The position numbers and the translations under genes were made by a program. From Anaeromyxobacter sp. (GTDB lineage Bacteria > Myxococcota > Myxococcia > Myxococcales > Anaeromyxobacteraceae): a DNA stretch of 64,000 nt. Position 1 is the first letter of the stretch. Each line of letters starts with the position of its first letter. Of the stretch, positions 1 to 11,643 are shown piece by piece. The stretch covers positions 224,001 through 288,000 of the forward strand of contig JASGJN010000021.1 of the NCBI GenBank assembly GCA_049840735.1, read 5' to 3'. Below the pieces are notes generated by a model. The model did not search any database. It saw only the letters and a program-made list of their open reading frames with translations, and had not been told where the DNA came from.

Positions 1-414
1 CTCGCCGGGATCGGGCGGGGCCAGCTGGAGGTGCTGGACGACCGCGTCGCCCAGCGGCGCGCGGTGGCCTTCCGCTACCGGGACGCCTTCGCAGACGTGC
101 CCGGCCTGGGCTTCATGCCCCAGGCCCCCTACGGCCTCCACACCAACTGGCTCTCCTGCTTCCTGGTCGACGAGGCCAGGTTCGGCGCTTCGCGCGACGA
201 CATCATCGCGGCGCTGAGCGCCCGCAACATCGAGTCCCGCCCGCTCTGGAAGCCCATGCACCTGCAGCCGCTCTATGCGGCGGCAGAGCGGTTCGGCGGC
301 GACGTCGCGGCCGACCTCTTCCGGCGCGGGCTCTGTCTCCCGAGCTCCAGCAGCCTCTCGGACGAGGAGCAGCAGCTCGTCATCTCCATCGTGCGTGGGT
401 GCGCCGCGCGCTGA
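1..414 (+). CDS. DegT/DnrJ/EryC1/StrS family sugar aminotransferase, C-terminal part (5'-truncated by window edge)
   Basis: Open frame from position 1; typical C-terminal motifs IESRPLWKPMHLQP and GLCLPSSS. Confidence 0.85.
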   Translation, partial: LAGIGRGQLEVLDDRVAQRRAVAFRYRDAFADVPGLGFMPQAPYGLHTNWLSCFLVDEARFGASRDDIIAALSARNIESRPLWKPMHLQPLYAAAERFGGDVAADLFRRGLCLPSSSSLSDEEQQLVISIVRGCAAR

Positions 415-420
415 GGACGC

Positions 421-1524
421 ATGAAGATCATCCACGTGGTCGGCGCCCGGCCGAACTTCATGAAGATCGCGCCGGTGATGAAGGCCATCGCCGCGGCCGG
501 CTTCGCCGAGCAGAAGCTCGTGCACACCGGGCAGCACTACGACGTCGCCATGTCGGACGTCTTCTTCACCGACCTGGGCATGCCGGTCCCAGACCTCCAC
601 CTCGGGGTCGGGTCCGGCTCGCACGCGGAGCAGACGGCCAAGGTGATGGTTGGGTTCGAGCGGATCTGCCTCGACGAGCGGCCGGACCTGGTGGTGGTGG
701 CCGGGGACGTCAACTCGACCCTGGCCTGCGCCATCGACTGCGCCAAGCTGCGGATCCCCTGCGCGCACGTCGAGGCCGGCCTGCGGTCGTTCGATCCCGA
801 CATGCCGGAGGAGGTGAACCGCATCGTCACCGACCGGCTCTGCGAGATCCTGCTCACGCCCTCCTCCGACGGCGACGAGAACCTGCGCCGCGAGGGGACG
901 CAGGAGGACCGCATCTTCCGGGTCGGGAACGTGATGATCGACACGCTCCTCGCGCACCTGCCGCGGGCGCGCGCCACGCAGAGCCCCACAAGGCTCGGCC
1001 TCTCTCCTGGCGAGTACGCCGTCCTGACCCTCCACCGTCCGTCCAACGTGGACTCGCCCGCGACGCTGGCGGGCCTGCTCGGCGCCATCGAGCGCATCCA
1101 GGCCGAGCTCCCGGTCGTGTTCCCGGTGCATCCCAGGACCCGCAAGCGCATGTCGGAGTCCGGGCTCGACGGCCGCCTGGAGGCGATGAAGGCGCTCCGG
1201 CTGTGCGAGCCGCTCGGCTACCTCGAGTTCCTGGGGCTCACCTCCCAGGCCAAGCTGGTGCTGACCGACTCCGGTGGACTGCAGGAGGAGACCACCGCGC
1301 TCGGGATCCCGTGTCTCACCATCCGCGAGAACACGGAGCGGCCCGTCACCATCACCGAGGGCACCAACACACTCGTAGGGGTGGACCCGGGGCGGATCGT
1401 GGCCGAGGCGCAGGCGGTGCTGTCCGGCGGCGGCAAGGCAGGCCGCGTTCCAGCGCTCTGGGATGGACGGGCCAGCGAGCGGATCGCGACCGTCCTGCGG
1501 ACGTGGCTCGAGGCGAGACATTGA
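421..1524 (+). CDS. wecB: UDP-N-acetylglucosamine 2-epimerase (non-hydrolysing)
   Basis: VGARPNFMK, HTGQHYD, HVEAGLRS, MPEEVNR, TDSGGLQEE and TERP motifs. Confidence 0.92.
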   Translation: MKIIHVVGARPNFMKIAPVMKAIAAAGFAEQKLVHTGQHYDVAMSDVFFTDLGMPVPDLHLGVGSGSHAEQTAKVMVGFERICLDERPDLVVVAGDVNSTLACAIDCAKLRIPCAHVEAGLRSFDPDMPEEVNRIVTDRLCEILLTPSSDGDENLRREGTQEDRIFRVGNVMIDTLLAHLPRARATQSPTRLGLSPGEYAVLTLHRPSNVDSPATLAGLLGAIERIQAELPVVFPVHPRTRKRMSESGLDGRLEAMKALRLCEPLGYLEFLGLTSQAKLVLTDSGGLQEETTALGIPCLTIRENTERPVTITEGTNTLVGVDPGRIVAEAQAVLSGGGKAGRVPALWDGRASERIATVLRTWLEARH

Positions 1525-1618
1525 TCCCCGGCAAGTGGCCGGGGCATTCCTGGGCAACCTGGGTATGGTGGAACCCTCACTTCTGTAAGTGAAGGGTCTC
1601 TGGTACTGATCGCGCCTC

Positions 1619-3526
<1,908 letters not shown>

Positions 3527-3562
3527 CCTGACCAGCCTCGAGCGGAACGCGATCGGGGCTGG

Positions 3563-3674
3563 GCTTCGACTCCGCGAGCGCTGCGGGCTCGCTACGCCCT
3601 CGCTACGCCCAGCCCGAACGGAAGCCCGTTCGCCCTGAGCGTAGCCCCGGTGTGAGCCGCGGCGGAGTCGAAGC
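3563..3674. repeat. Palindromic repeat element, inverted two-arm (REPIN-like) copy 1
   Basis: CTTCGACTCCGC-hairpin-GCTACGCCCAGCCCGAACGG, short spacer, then CCGTTCGCCCTGAGCGTAGC...GCGGAGTCGAAG; small internal CGCTACGCCC duplication. Confidence 0.9.
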
Positions 3675-3996
3675 GCGGCGGAAGGCAGCCTGGAGCGTGA
3701 GCATGGGTCGCACTCCGGTGTGGAGGAGTGCGCGTGATCGTTTGCGCGGGTGCGGCAAAGGTTCACGCCGGGTTTCTCCCGATGGACCTCCGCGGGGCTA
3801 TGCGCTACGACGTGCCCCGGGGAAGCACCAATAGAACCTGTTGGGTGCGACAAACCGGTGGGCCAGGGGCCCTTCCGAGTTGGCGCCCCCGCTGTGTCGA
3901 ATCGATCGCCGGCGATGCCGCCGGCCCGAACCTGCCCGGGGGGGACAGGATGAGCCTCATGGTGGAAGTGCGGTGCGACGCGCGGCGGGAGACGCC

Positions 3997-5472
3997 GTGA
4001 GCGCCTCCTTGATTGCCTTCATCTCCGCGGCGGCCATCGGTACGGCCCTGACGCCCGCGATCCGCGATCTCGCCCATCGCTGCGGCTGGCTCGACCACGC
4101 CCTGACGTCGCGGAAGATCCACGGCAAGCCGATCCCGCGCCTGGGCGGCGTGGGGATCGTCCTCGCGTTCTTCATGTCCCTCGGCGCCATGCTGGTCTTC
4201 GACGCCGACGTGGCCGGCCGGTTCTTCGCCCAGCCGGGCAAGGCGTTTGGCCTCTTCGCGGGTGGTCTCGGGATCGCCGCCCTGGGGATCGTGGACGACG
4301 TCCGCGGCGTTCGCGCGCGCCACAAGTTCCTGGTCCAGCTCGCCATGGCGGCGCTGGTGTACGCCCTGGGCTACCGGATCGACCAGATCGCCAATCCGTT
4401 CGGCCCGCCCATCCCGCTGGGCCTGCTGGGCCTCCCCTTCACCGTCTTCTGGATCACCGGCGTCATCAACGCCCTCAACCTGATCGACGGCCTCGATGGA
4501 CTGGCCGGTGGTGTGGCCCTGATGGCCGTCGGGACCATCTTCGCCGTGGCCACCGGGGCCGGTGAGCCGCTGATGATGCTGTTCGCCGCGGCCCTCGGCG
4601 GCGCGGTGCTCGGCTTCCTGTTCTTCAACTTCAACCCCGCGTCCATCTTCATGGGCGACACCGGCAGCATGTTCCTGGGGTTCATCCTGGCCACCACCAG
4701 CATCGCGACCAACACCAAGTCCGCGACCGGTGGCATCGCCCTGGTGATCCCCATCGTGGCGCTCGGGCTGCCGATCGGCGACACGCTGCTGGCCATGGGC
4801 CGGCGCGCTGTCCGGGGCGTCCCGGTGTTCACGCCGGACCGGGGTCACATCCACCATCGGCTGCTCGACCGCGGCCTCTCGCACCGCCAGGCGGTCCTGA
4901 CCCTGTATGCCGTCTCCCTCACGCTCGGCCTCGGCTCGGTGTCGCTCGCCTGGCTGCCTGGCCGCGTCGCGCCGGTGATCCTGGCCGCGCTCGGTCTCGC
5001 CGGCTTCGCCTTCCTGCGCTGGCTCGGGTTCTTCGATCACCGCGCAACCAAGGCGCTGCTCGAGCAGCGGCGCCGCAACCTGGAGCTCCGGGCCGCGCTG
5101 CGCGAGATCGCGGAGTCGCTGGAGTACGCCGAGACGCCCGGCGAGGTCTGGGGCGAGCTGCAGCGCGCCGCCAAGCCGCTGGGCGCATCCGCCATCGCCC
5201 TGCGCCTGGAGGACATGGACGGAGAGGGCAGCGAGTTCTCCGTCGGATTCGAGAACGGGCACGCGGGGCTCCTGCACGCCCGCTTCGGACTCAACGTGGA
5301 GCGGCCCGGAAGCCGGCGCATCGAGCTGGGCTGGACGGATGGGCGCCGGAGCCTCGATCGCGATACGGAGAGCGCGATCGAGCAGCTGTCGGATGACGTG
5401 GCGGGCGCGATCGAGCGGATCGAGAAGGCGCAGGACGAGCGGCGTCGCTTCTCCCTGCGCCTCGTCGGCTGA
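3997..5472 (+). CDS. MraY/WecA family undecaprenyl-phosphate GlcNAc-1-phosphate transferase with C-terminal soluble extension
   Basis: KIHGKPIPRLGG, GIVDD, NALNLIDGLDGL, NFNPASIFMGDTGS, HIHHRL; GTG start after GGAG. Confidence 0.88.
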   Translation: MSASLIAFISAAAIGTALTPAIRDLAHRCGWLDHALTSRKIHGKPIPRLGGVGIVLAFFMSLGAMLVFDADVAGRFFAQPGKAFGLFAGGLGIAALGIVDDVRGVRARHKFLVQLAMAALVYALGYRIDQIANPFGPPIPLGLLGLPFTVFWITGVINALNLIDGLDGLAGGVALMAVGTIFAVATGAGEPLMMLFAAALGGAVLGFLFFNFNPASIFMGDTGSMFLGFILATTSIATNTKSATGGIALVIPIVALGLPIGDTLLAMGRRAVRGVPVFTPDRGHIHHRLLDRGLSHRQAVLTLYAVSLTLGLGSVSLAWLPGRVAPVILAALGLAGFAFLRWLGFFDHRATKALLEQRRRNLELRAALREIAESLEYAETPGEVWGELQRAAKPLGASAIALRLEDMDGEGSEFSVGFENGHAGLLHARFGLNVERPGSRRIELGWTDGRRSLDRDTESAIEQLSDDVAGAIERIEKAQDERRRFSLRLVG

Positions 5473-5623
5473 CGGCCAACGGCGTCGAAGGGTCCGTCCT
5501 CCTTCACTGTTCCGCGTTGGCGAGTACCACGCGTCATGTGGTACACAGCACGTGCGTCCGGGAGACCTCGGTGGGACCCCTCTCGTTCGGAGGGCCGACG
5601 CGACCTCGCCAGGAGTAGCCCCC

Positions 5624-7201
5624 ATGCGGATCACGGTGTCTTCGCGTGCGCTCGCGCTGTTCATGAGCGTGCAGCCCATCTGGTGGATGCCGGCTGCTGC
5701 GTTCGCTCAGACGATCGGCGAGGGCACTGCCCGCGAGTCCGCGGACAGGGCACCATTCAGTGGGAGATCCACAGGCGAACAGGGCCTCCCCCCCGACGAG
5801 TTCTCCCGTGATGAGCTGAGCCCGCCTGCGCAAAGCTCGGCGCTGCCGGAGCAGAGCGCGCCGGTCGCGATCGACGAGCCCCTGGACCCGAACAAGTACG
5901 TTCTAGGCCATGGCGATGTCCTGGAGTTGAACTTCTGGGGCGTCCAGAACGTCACCTTGCGTGCCGTGGTGGATCTCGAAGGTCGGCTCTTCATTCCGAA
6001 GGTCGGCTATTTCAAGGTGGGCGGGCGCACCCTGACGGCCGCGAGGACCCAGCTCACATCCGCGGTCGCGCGCTACTACCGCCTCACGTTCGACATGTCG
6101 GTGGCCCAGCCGAGAGCCTTTCTCGTGCAGGTGGTCGGCGCGGTGCGCCACCCGGGGGCCTACTCCGCCAGGGCGGTCGAGCGCGTCTCGGTGGCACTTC
6201 GGAAGGCCGGTGGACTCGGAGAGCGGGCCTCCTCGCGGCGGATCGAGATCCAGCACCGCGATGGCTCGCTCGGCACGGCTGATTTGCAGTTGTTCCAGCA
6301 GTCCGGTGACGTGAAGTACGACCCCTACTTGCTGGACGGGGACGTGGTCCGGGTTCCGTTCGAGGACCTCGTCGTCGAGGTGTCGGGCGCGGTGAACAGG
6401 CCGGGCCGGTACGAACTGGTGGGATCGCGTGACATGAAGGAGCTCACCGACCTCGCCGGCGGGGTCTCCTCGGGTGCAACGGAAGCACTGCCCGTGCAGC
6501 TCATCCGTCGCGGACCAGACGACCGCCAAAACCTCACCTCGGTCTACATGAAGGATGGTTGGGCATCCACCCCGCTGGAGCGTGAGGACCGCGTGAAGGT
6601 TCCCAGCTTCCAGGACGTCCAGCAATCCGTCCTCGTGGTTGGAGCCATCGGGAACGCAGCCACGATCGAGGACGCCGCGGCGAGCCGACGGCTCTCCTTC
6701 GTCCAGGGAGACACGGTGGGTTCCCTGATCGAGCGCGCGGGAGGTGCCGGTCCGCAGGCCGACCTCGCCACCGCTTACGTGATCAGGGGCTCCCGCGTGG
6801 TCCCCGTGAACCTGTTCGCCCTGATCCTGGAGGGGAACCGGTCCGCGGACCAGCAGGTCGAGCTCGGAGACACCGTCGTCGTCCCCTTCCGGCGTCGCGG
6901 CGTCCTCGTCGAGGGCGCGGTGTTCGCGCCCGGGACCTATCCGTACAACCCGAGCTTCAAGGTGCCCGAGTATCTCGCCCTCGCGGGTGGGCCGAACCGG
7001 TTTGCCCAGGACCTCGAGTCGGTGAGGTTGGTGTCGCCGACCGGCGAGATGAAGCCCTACAGCCCCGGTTTGACGGTCGAGCCGGGATCGGCCCTGGTGG
7101 TCCCGGAGCGAAACTTCTCCCGTGCGGAGATCGTGCAGATCGGTCTCAGCGTCGCGGGAATCCTGCTCAGCGGTGTTGCGGTTGTACTCGCGGTGAGATG
7201 A
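5624..7201 (+). CDS. Polysaccharide export protein with multiple SLBB domains (Wza/KpsD-like)
   Basis: Signal peptide; YVLGHGDVLEL Poly_export motif; repeated V-x-GAV-x-x-PG-x-Y SLBB motifs; C-terminal hydrophobic helix; AGGAG before ATG. Confidence 0.85.
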   Translation: MRITVSSRALALFMSVQPIWWMPAAAFAQTIGEGTARESADRAPFSGRSTGEQGLPPDEFSRDELSPPAQSSALPEQSAPVAIDEPLDPNKYVLGHGDVLELNFWGVQNVTLRAVVDLEGRLFIPKVGYFKVGGRTLTAARTQLTSAVARYYRLTFDMSVAQPRAFLVQVVGAVRHPGAYSARAVERVSVALRKAGGLGERASSRRIEIQHRDGSLGTADLQLFQQSGDVKYDPYLLDGDVVRVPFEDLVVEVSGAVNRPGRYELVGSRDMKELTDLAGGVSSGATEALPVQLIRRGPDDRQNLTSVYMKDGWASTPLEREDRVKVPSFQDVQQSVLVVGAIGNAATIEDAAASRRLSFVQGDTVGSLIERAGGAGPQADLATAYVIRGSRVVPVNLFALILEGNRSADQQVELGDTVVVPFRRRGVLVEGAVFAPGTYPYNPSFKVPEYLALAGGPNRFAQDLESVRLVSPTGEMKPYSPGLTVEPGSALVVPERNFSRAEIVQIGLSVAGILLSGVAVVLAVR

Positions 7202-7688
7202 GCAGCCTGGCGCGGTAGTGGTCCGCGGTGGATCCCGGCGCGCGCGGGTTCTTCCTTCCTGCGTGCACTCGCCGGCAGCTTGGACTGTGCACCGTGTCAC
7301 GGGCGGTCGCCCATCCAGCGGGGGTGTTGAGCCCGAGTCGAAGCGGCCAAGGCCGACCGGGACGCATCGGGTGTTGATCGGCGCCGCCGTCCTGACCCTC
7401 TTCCTGGTTTCGCCCATAGTGAAGCTGCCCGTCACGGTATGCGGGGCGGTGCCGTACTGCAAGCTGGAGGCTGGCCGCGGCGAACAGGGTCGGGGGCGCT
7501 CGGGCCCGCCACCGCGAACGCAGTCCCGAAGCCCCGTGCCGAAGGGCTCGCGAGGTGCGCTCCCGGAGGACGCGAATGGGCGTACGGGCCTTGACGATCC
7601 GTGGCGGGGCTCCGATGCCACCCAGCCGGCGAGCCAGCTGCCTGACGACGGCTGGGCGCTGCAGGGGACCTTCGCCGTCAAGGGGGTG

Positions 7689-9252
7689 GTGAGCCACTCC
7701 ATCCCCAGGGTCCAGTTCGTCCCGGTTGCGCGGGTGGGTGGCGACTCCACCCCGGACGCGCTGGATGCGTCCACGGGTGAGCTCGCGCGGCCCATCGGGA
7801 GCGGCATCGACGTCCGCTCACTCGGTGCCCGGGGAAATGGCGAGGCAGACGACACCTCGCCCATCCAGGAAGCCATCAACGCGGCCTCGTTCTCCCCGAC
7901 AAAGATCGTCTACATCCCAGCTGGAACCTACAGGTACGAGCGCCTGTACCTCTTCCACGATCCCGAGCTGAACCCGGGCTTCAACCAGGAGCGATCGGGA
8001 GAGATCACGCTCCAAGGCGAGGGGATCTCGCCGGAGAACGGCGGGACGGGCGGAACGGTCCTGCGCACGAGGGTTCGATCCGGAAGCGGCCTCATCGTGA
8101 GCCCGCAGCGCGCTGATGCCACTCCGTATGCCGCGCGCGACTTCACCGCACGTGGAATCAGCTTCGAGGGGGCGACGGACGGCTTCCTGGTCGAGGCGGC
8201 TGGCGTGCCGAGCGCACGATTCGTGGAGTGCCAGTTCGTGCAGGAGAACGCTGCGGGCTCCGCGCTCTACCTGTCCACCGCCTACTTCGGTGCGCTGGAG
8301 CACTGTCGATTCCGCAACACGGCGACCGGAGTGAAGACCGGGGCCGCTGTCCAGTTCGGCACTTCCGCGTTCGCTGGGCTCTTCCGGATCGCGGACTCCA
8401 ACATCGCCGGCTACGCTTACGGACTGCGTCACACGACCGGTGGCTGGCAGAACATGACCATCCGGTCGTCCGAGGTCGTCGGCTCGCGCTACGGCGTGTT
8501 CGTCGAGGCAAACGCCTCCATCGATCTCCTCACGCTGGATGACGTCTACTTCGAGGGCGAGGCCACCTCCTTCGTCGCGGAGGCGCCAGGGGCGCAGCGG
8601 ATCAGGAACCTGATCGTCAACGGGCTCTGGGCGCTTGGCGCGAGCCTCACGGGCCCGGCCATCGCGCTGAACGCGCCCAACTCGAATCGTGCTCCAGGGC
8701 ATCAACGCCCAGGATCAGGACACGCCCTTTCTCCACATCGGCGCAGTTCCGGAGGGCGGGCGGGCCGGGTACATGGTGTCCAGCGCGAACTTCCCGAGGA
8801 CGCGCGGAGCGGAGGCGCCCGTCGTCCTCTTCACGGGCATCATCCCGGTCATCAACGGCGTGGACTACGCGAGCGCCGATCCCCGCGTTGCGCTCTACGG
8901 GCCGAGCGCGCGGCCCATCGAGTTCCAGTCGAGCTTCGCAGGAAGCTCGCAGATCACCACCGGGCGCCTGAACCTCTCACACCTGGCGACCTTCCCTGAC
9001 GCGAGCGGCGTCATCCGACACGCTTCGGCAGGTTACCCGGGCGCGGTCGTCATCACCGCCAAGGGACCGGTCACCTTCCTGCTCCCGGACGCAGGGGTGC
9101 CGCAGGGCTTTGGCGTGTACGTCAAGAGCGGGTTGCAGGGTTCGGCCACAGTCGAGGTCAGGAACCAGGGCGACGAACTCCCGCTTGCCCTGCTGCGGCC
9201 GGGGGAGGCGCAGTGGTTCTTCTTCGACGGTGAACGAGGCTCCTGGATGTAG
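7689..9252 (+). CDS. Pectate-lyase-like right-handed beta-helix protein (frameshift near 8686; start uncertain)
   Basis: DVRSLGARGNGEADDTSPIQEAIN...VYIPAGTY is the Pectate_lyase_3-type cap; protein-like sequence continues in ORF 8689-9252 if GAATC at 8684 is read as GATC. Confidence 0.7.
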
Positions 9253-9409
9253 CAGGGGTACCCCCAGGCACTCCTGGAGTGCGGCTACGCGCCTCCTCGA
9301 CGCAGCGCCATCCGCCGGGATAGACTCGGAAATTGCTGCGGTAACTCCGGGTGGGACGCACGGGAAGGGGTTCCGCGGCCAGCCGCCACGTACCAGCGCG
9401 GGAACAGCC

Positions 9410-10507
9410 TTGAAGAAGAATCAGATCGTCATCGCGGGCTCCGCAGGTGTCCCCGCGAGGTACGGCGGGTTCGAGACGCTCGCCGCTTGCCTCTGCGAGC
9501 GCCTCGGTCCCGTCGCGCCCAGCACGCGATTCGCAGTCTACTGCAGCAGCGGACTCTACCCTGAGCGCTCGCGCGACTACTTCGGTGCGGAGCTGCGCTA
9601 CATGCCGCTCCGGCCAACGGGCTGGCAGAGCATGCTGTACGACGCTGTCTCCATGATCCACGCGCTGATGCGGCGCGCGGACACCATCCTCCTGCTCGGG
9701 GTGTCTGGCGCCTTCATTCTGCCCCTGATCCGCCTCGTCTCGAACGTCCGCATCGTGACGAACGTGGACGGTCTCGAGTCGCGCCGGAAGAAGTGGGGTC
9801 CAGTCGCGCGCTGGCTCCTGCGTGCGCTGGAGTGGTGCGCCGTTCGCTTCTCGCATGTCGTGATCGCCGACAACGAGGGGATCCGGGAGCACCTGGCCGC
9901 GACGTACGGAGCCAGTGGAGCCCTCGTGATCGCCTACGGTGGCGACCACCTGGCTGCAGAGCACGCGGCGGCGGATGCGCCGCTCGAGGCGCCATACGCG
10001 CTGGTCCTTGCCCGGATCGAGCCCGAGAACAACATCCACCAGATCCTCGAGGCCTTCGAGGATCAGGCGCTCCAGGATCGGATGACGCTCGTCGCGATCG
10101 GGAACTGGGATGCGAGCGACTACGGGAGGAACCTCCGCCAGCGCTACGGGTGCCGGAGGGGGTACGCGCTGCTCGACCCCGTCTACGATCGCGACAAGGT
10201 GCGCGCGTACCGGTCACATGCCCGCTGCTACATCCACGGTCACTCTGCTGGCGGGACGAATCCGTCACTCGTGGAGGCCATGTTCTTCCCGGTTCCGATC
10301 GTGGCGTACGAGTGCACGTTCAATCGGCACACGATGGAAGGCCAGGGGGCCTACTTCGCGGACGCGACGGCGCTGAACGCGTGGCTGCGGAGGCTCGCGA
10401 TGGACGGAGGAAGCGCCGAGACGTCCGGGGTCATGAAGCTCGCAGCCGAGCGTTACACCTGGAGCCGGATCGCGGCCGAGTACGCGCGCGTGCTCGCGGC
10501 GAGGTGA
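9410..10507 (+). CDS. GT4 glycosyltransferase with DUF1972 N-terminus (rhamnosyltransferase-like)
   Basis: GVPARYGGFET, NVDGLE..R.KW, RIEPENN, HGHSAGGTNPSLVEAM; TTG start. Confidence 0.85.
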   Translation: MKKNQIVIAGSAGVPARYGGFETLAACLCERLGPVAPSTRFAVYCSSGLYPERSRDYFGAELRYMPLRPTGWQSMLYDAVSMIHALMRRADTILLLGVSGAFILPLIRLVSNVRIVTNVDGLESRRKKWGPVARWLLRALEWCAVRFSHVVIADNEGIREHLAATYGASGALVIAYGGDHLAAEHAAADAPLEAPYALVLARIEPENNIHQILEAFEDQALQDRMTLVAIGNWDASDYGRNLRQRYGCRRGYALLDPVYDRDKVRAYRSHARCYIHGHSAGGTNPSLVEAMFFPVPIVAYECTFNRHTMEGQGAYFADATALNAWLRRLAMDGGSAETSGVMKLAAERYTWSRIAAEYARVLAAR

Positions 10508-10515
10508 GCACGAAC

Positions 10516-11643
10516 ATGAAGCCACGCATCATTTGCATCATCGGCACGCGGCCCGAGGCAATCAAGATGGCCCCCGTCGTGCTCGCGCTGCGCCGCGCGG
10601 GCTTCGACGCGCCGATCCTGGCCACCGCCCAGCACCGGGACCTGCTCGACCAGATGCTCGCGGTGTTCCGGCTGAAGCCGGAGTGGGACCTGGACGCGAT
10701 GACTCCGCGGCAGGGGCTGTCCGAGCTGCTTGCGCGAATCCTGCCACGGCTCGATCAGCTCATCCGTTCCAGCGGCGCAGCCGCGGTGCTCGGGCAGGGC
10801 GACACGACCACGGTGCTGGGGGCCGCGATCGCTGCCTTCCACGCTGGGGTGCCCTTCGGGCACGTGGAAGCTGGGCTGCGGAGCGGGTCGCTCGCCGCAC
10901 CGTTCCCGGAAGAGGGAAACCGGCGCCTCGCGAGTGTCCTGACGGAGTGGCACTTCGCGCCGACCGAAACGGCTGGCGCTGCCCTTCGTGCGGAGGGTGT
11001 CGCTCACGACAAGGTGCACGTGGTGGGGAACTCGGTCATCGACGCGCTGCTCGGGATGGCCGACCGTCCGGATCTTCCCTGGCCGGCGAGCGTCCCCGCC
11101 CTCTCTCCGACGCAAAGGCTCGTGCTGGTGACGCTGCACCGCCGCGAGAACTTCGGCGCGCCTATCCAGGCGATCCTCGGCGCGCTACGCGAGTTCGCGA
11201 GCCGGCACGAGGATGCCGTGTTCGTCTACCCGGTGCACCCGAACCCCAACGTCTTCGGGCCGGCCCGCGATGCGCTCGGCGGTTTGCCGAACGTGCACCT
11301 CATCGAACCGGTCGAGTACCCGACGATGGTCAACCTCCTCCGGCGCTCCTACCTGGTCTTGACCGACAGCGGTGGTCTGCAGGAAGAGGGGCCGGCGCTG
11401 GGCAAGCCCGTGCTGGTGTTCCGTGAGGTGACGGAGCGCCCCGAGGCCGTGGCGGCTGGTGGCGTGAGGCTCGTGGGAGCCGATCCGGCGAAGTTCCTCG
11501 CCGAGGCAGAGGCGCTCTGGACCTCGAGCGCCGCCTACGGCGTGATGGCCAAGCCCCGATTTCCCTACGGCGAGGGGCGCACGGCGGAGCGGATCGTGGA
11601 CATCTTGGGCCGCCGCTTTCACGGGCCGACGGCGGACGAGTGA
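10516..11643 (+). CDS. wecB: UDP-N-acetylglucosamine 2-epimerase (second, divergent paralog)
   Basis: GTRPEAIKMAP, QGDTTT, HVEAGLRSG, PFPEE.NR, HRREN, TDSGGLQEE, TERPE. Confidence 0.92.
   Translation: MKPRIICIIGTRPEAIKMAPVVLALRRAGFDAPILATAQHRDLLDQMLAVFRLKPEWDLDAMTPRQGLSELLARILPRLDQLIRSSGAAAVLGQGDTTTVLGAAIAAFHAGVPFGHVEAGLRSGSLAAPFPEEGNRRLASVLTEWHFAPTETAGAALRAEGVAHDKVHVVGNSVIDALLGMADRPDLPWPASVPALSPTQRLVLVTLHRRENFGAPIQAILGALREFASRHEDAVFVYPVHPNPNVFGPARDALGGLPNVHLIEPVEYPTMVNLLRRSYLVLTDSGGLQEEGPALGKPVLVFREVTERPEAVAAGGVRLVGADPAKFLAEAEALWTSSAAYGVMAKPRFPYGEGRTAERIVDILGRRFHGPTADE

Noticed and set aside
7208..7225. ops/JUMPstart element (GCGGTAG) in the polysaccharide locus
   Set aside because: Only a partial match to GGCGGTAGnnTG, expected by chance in GC-rich DNA.
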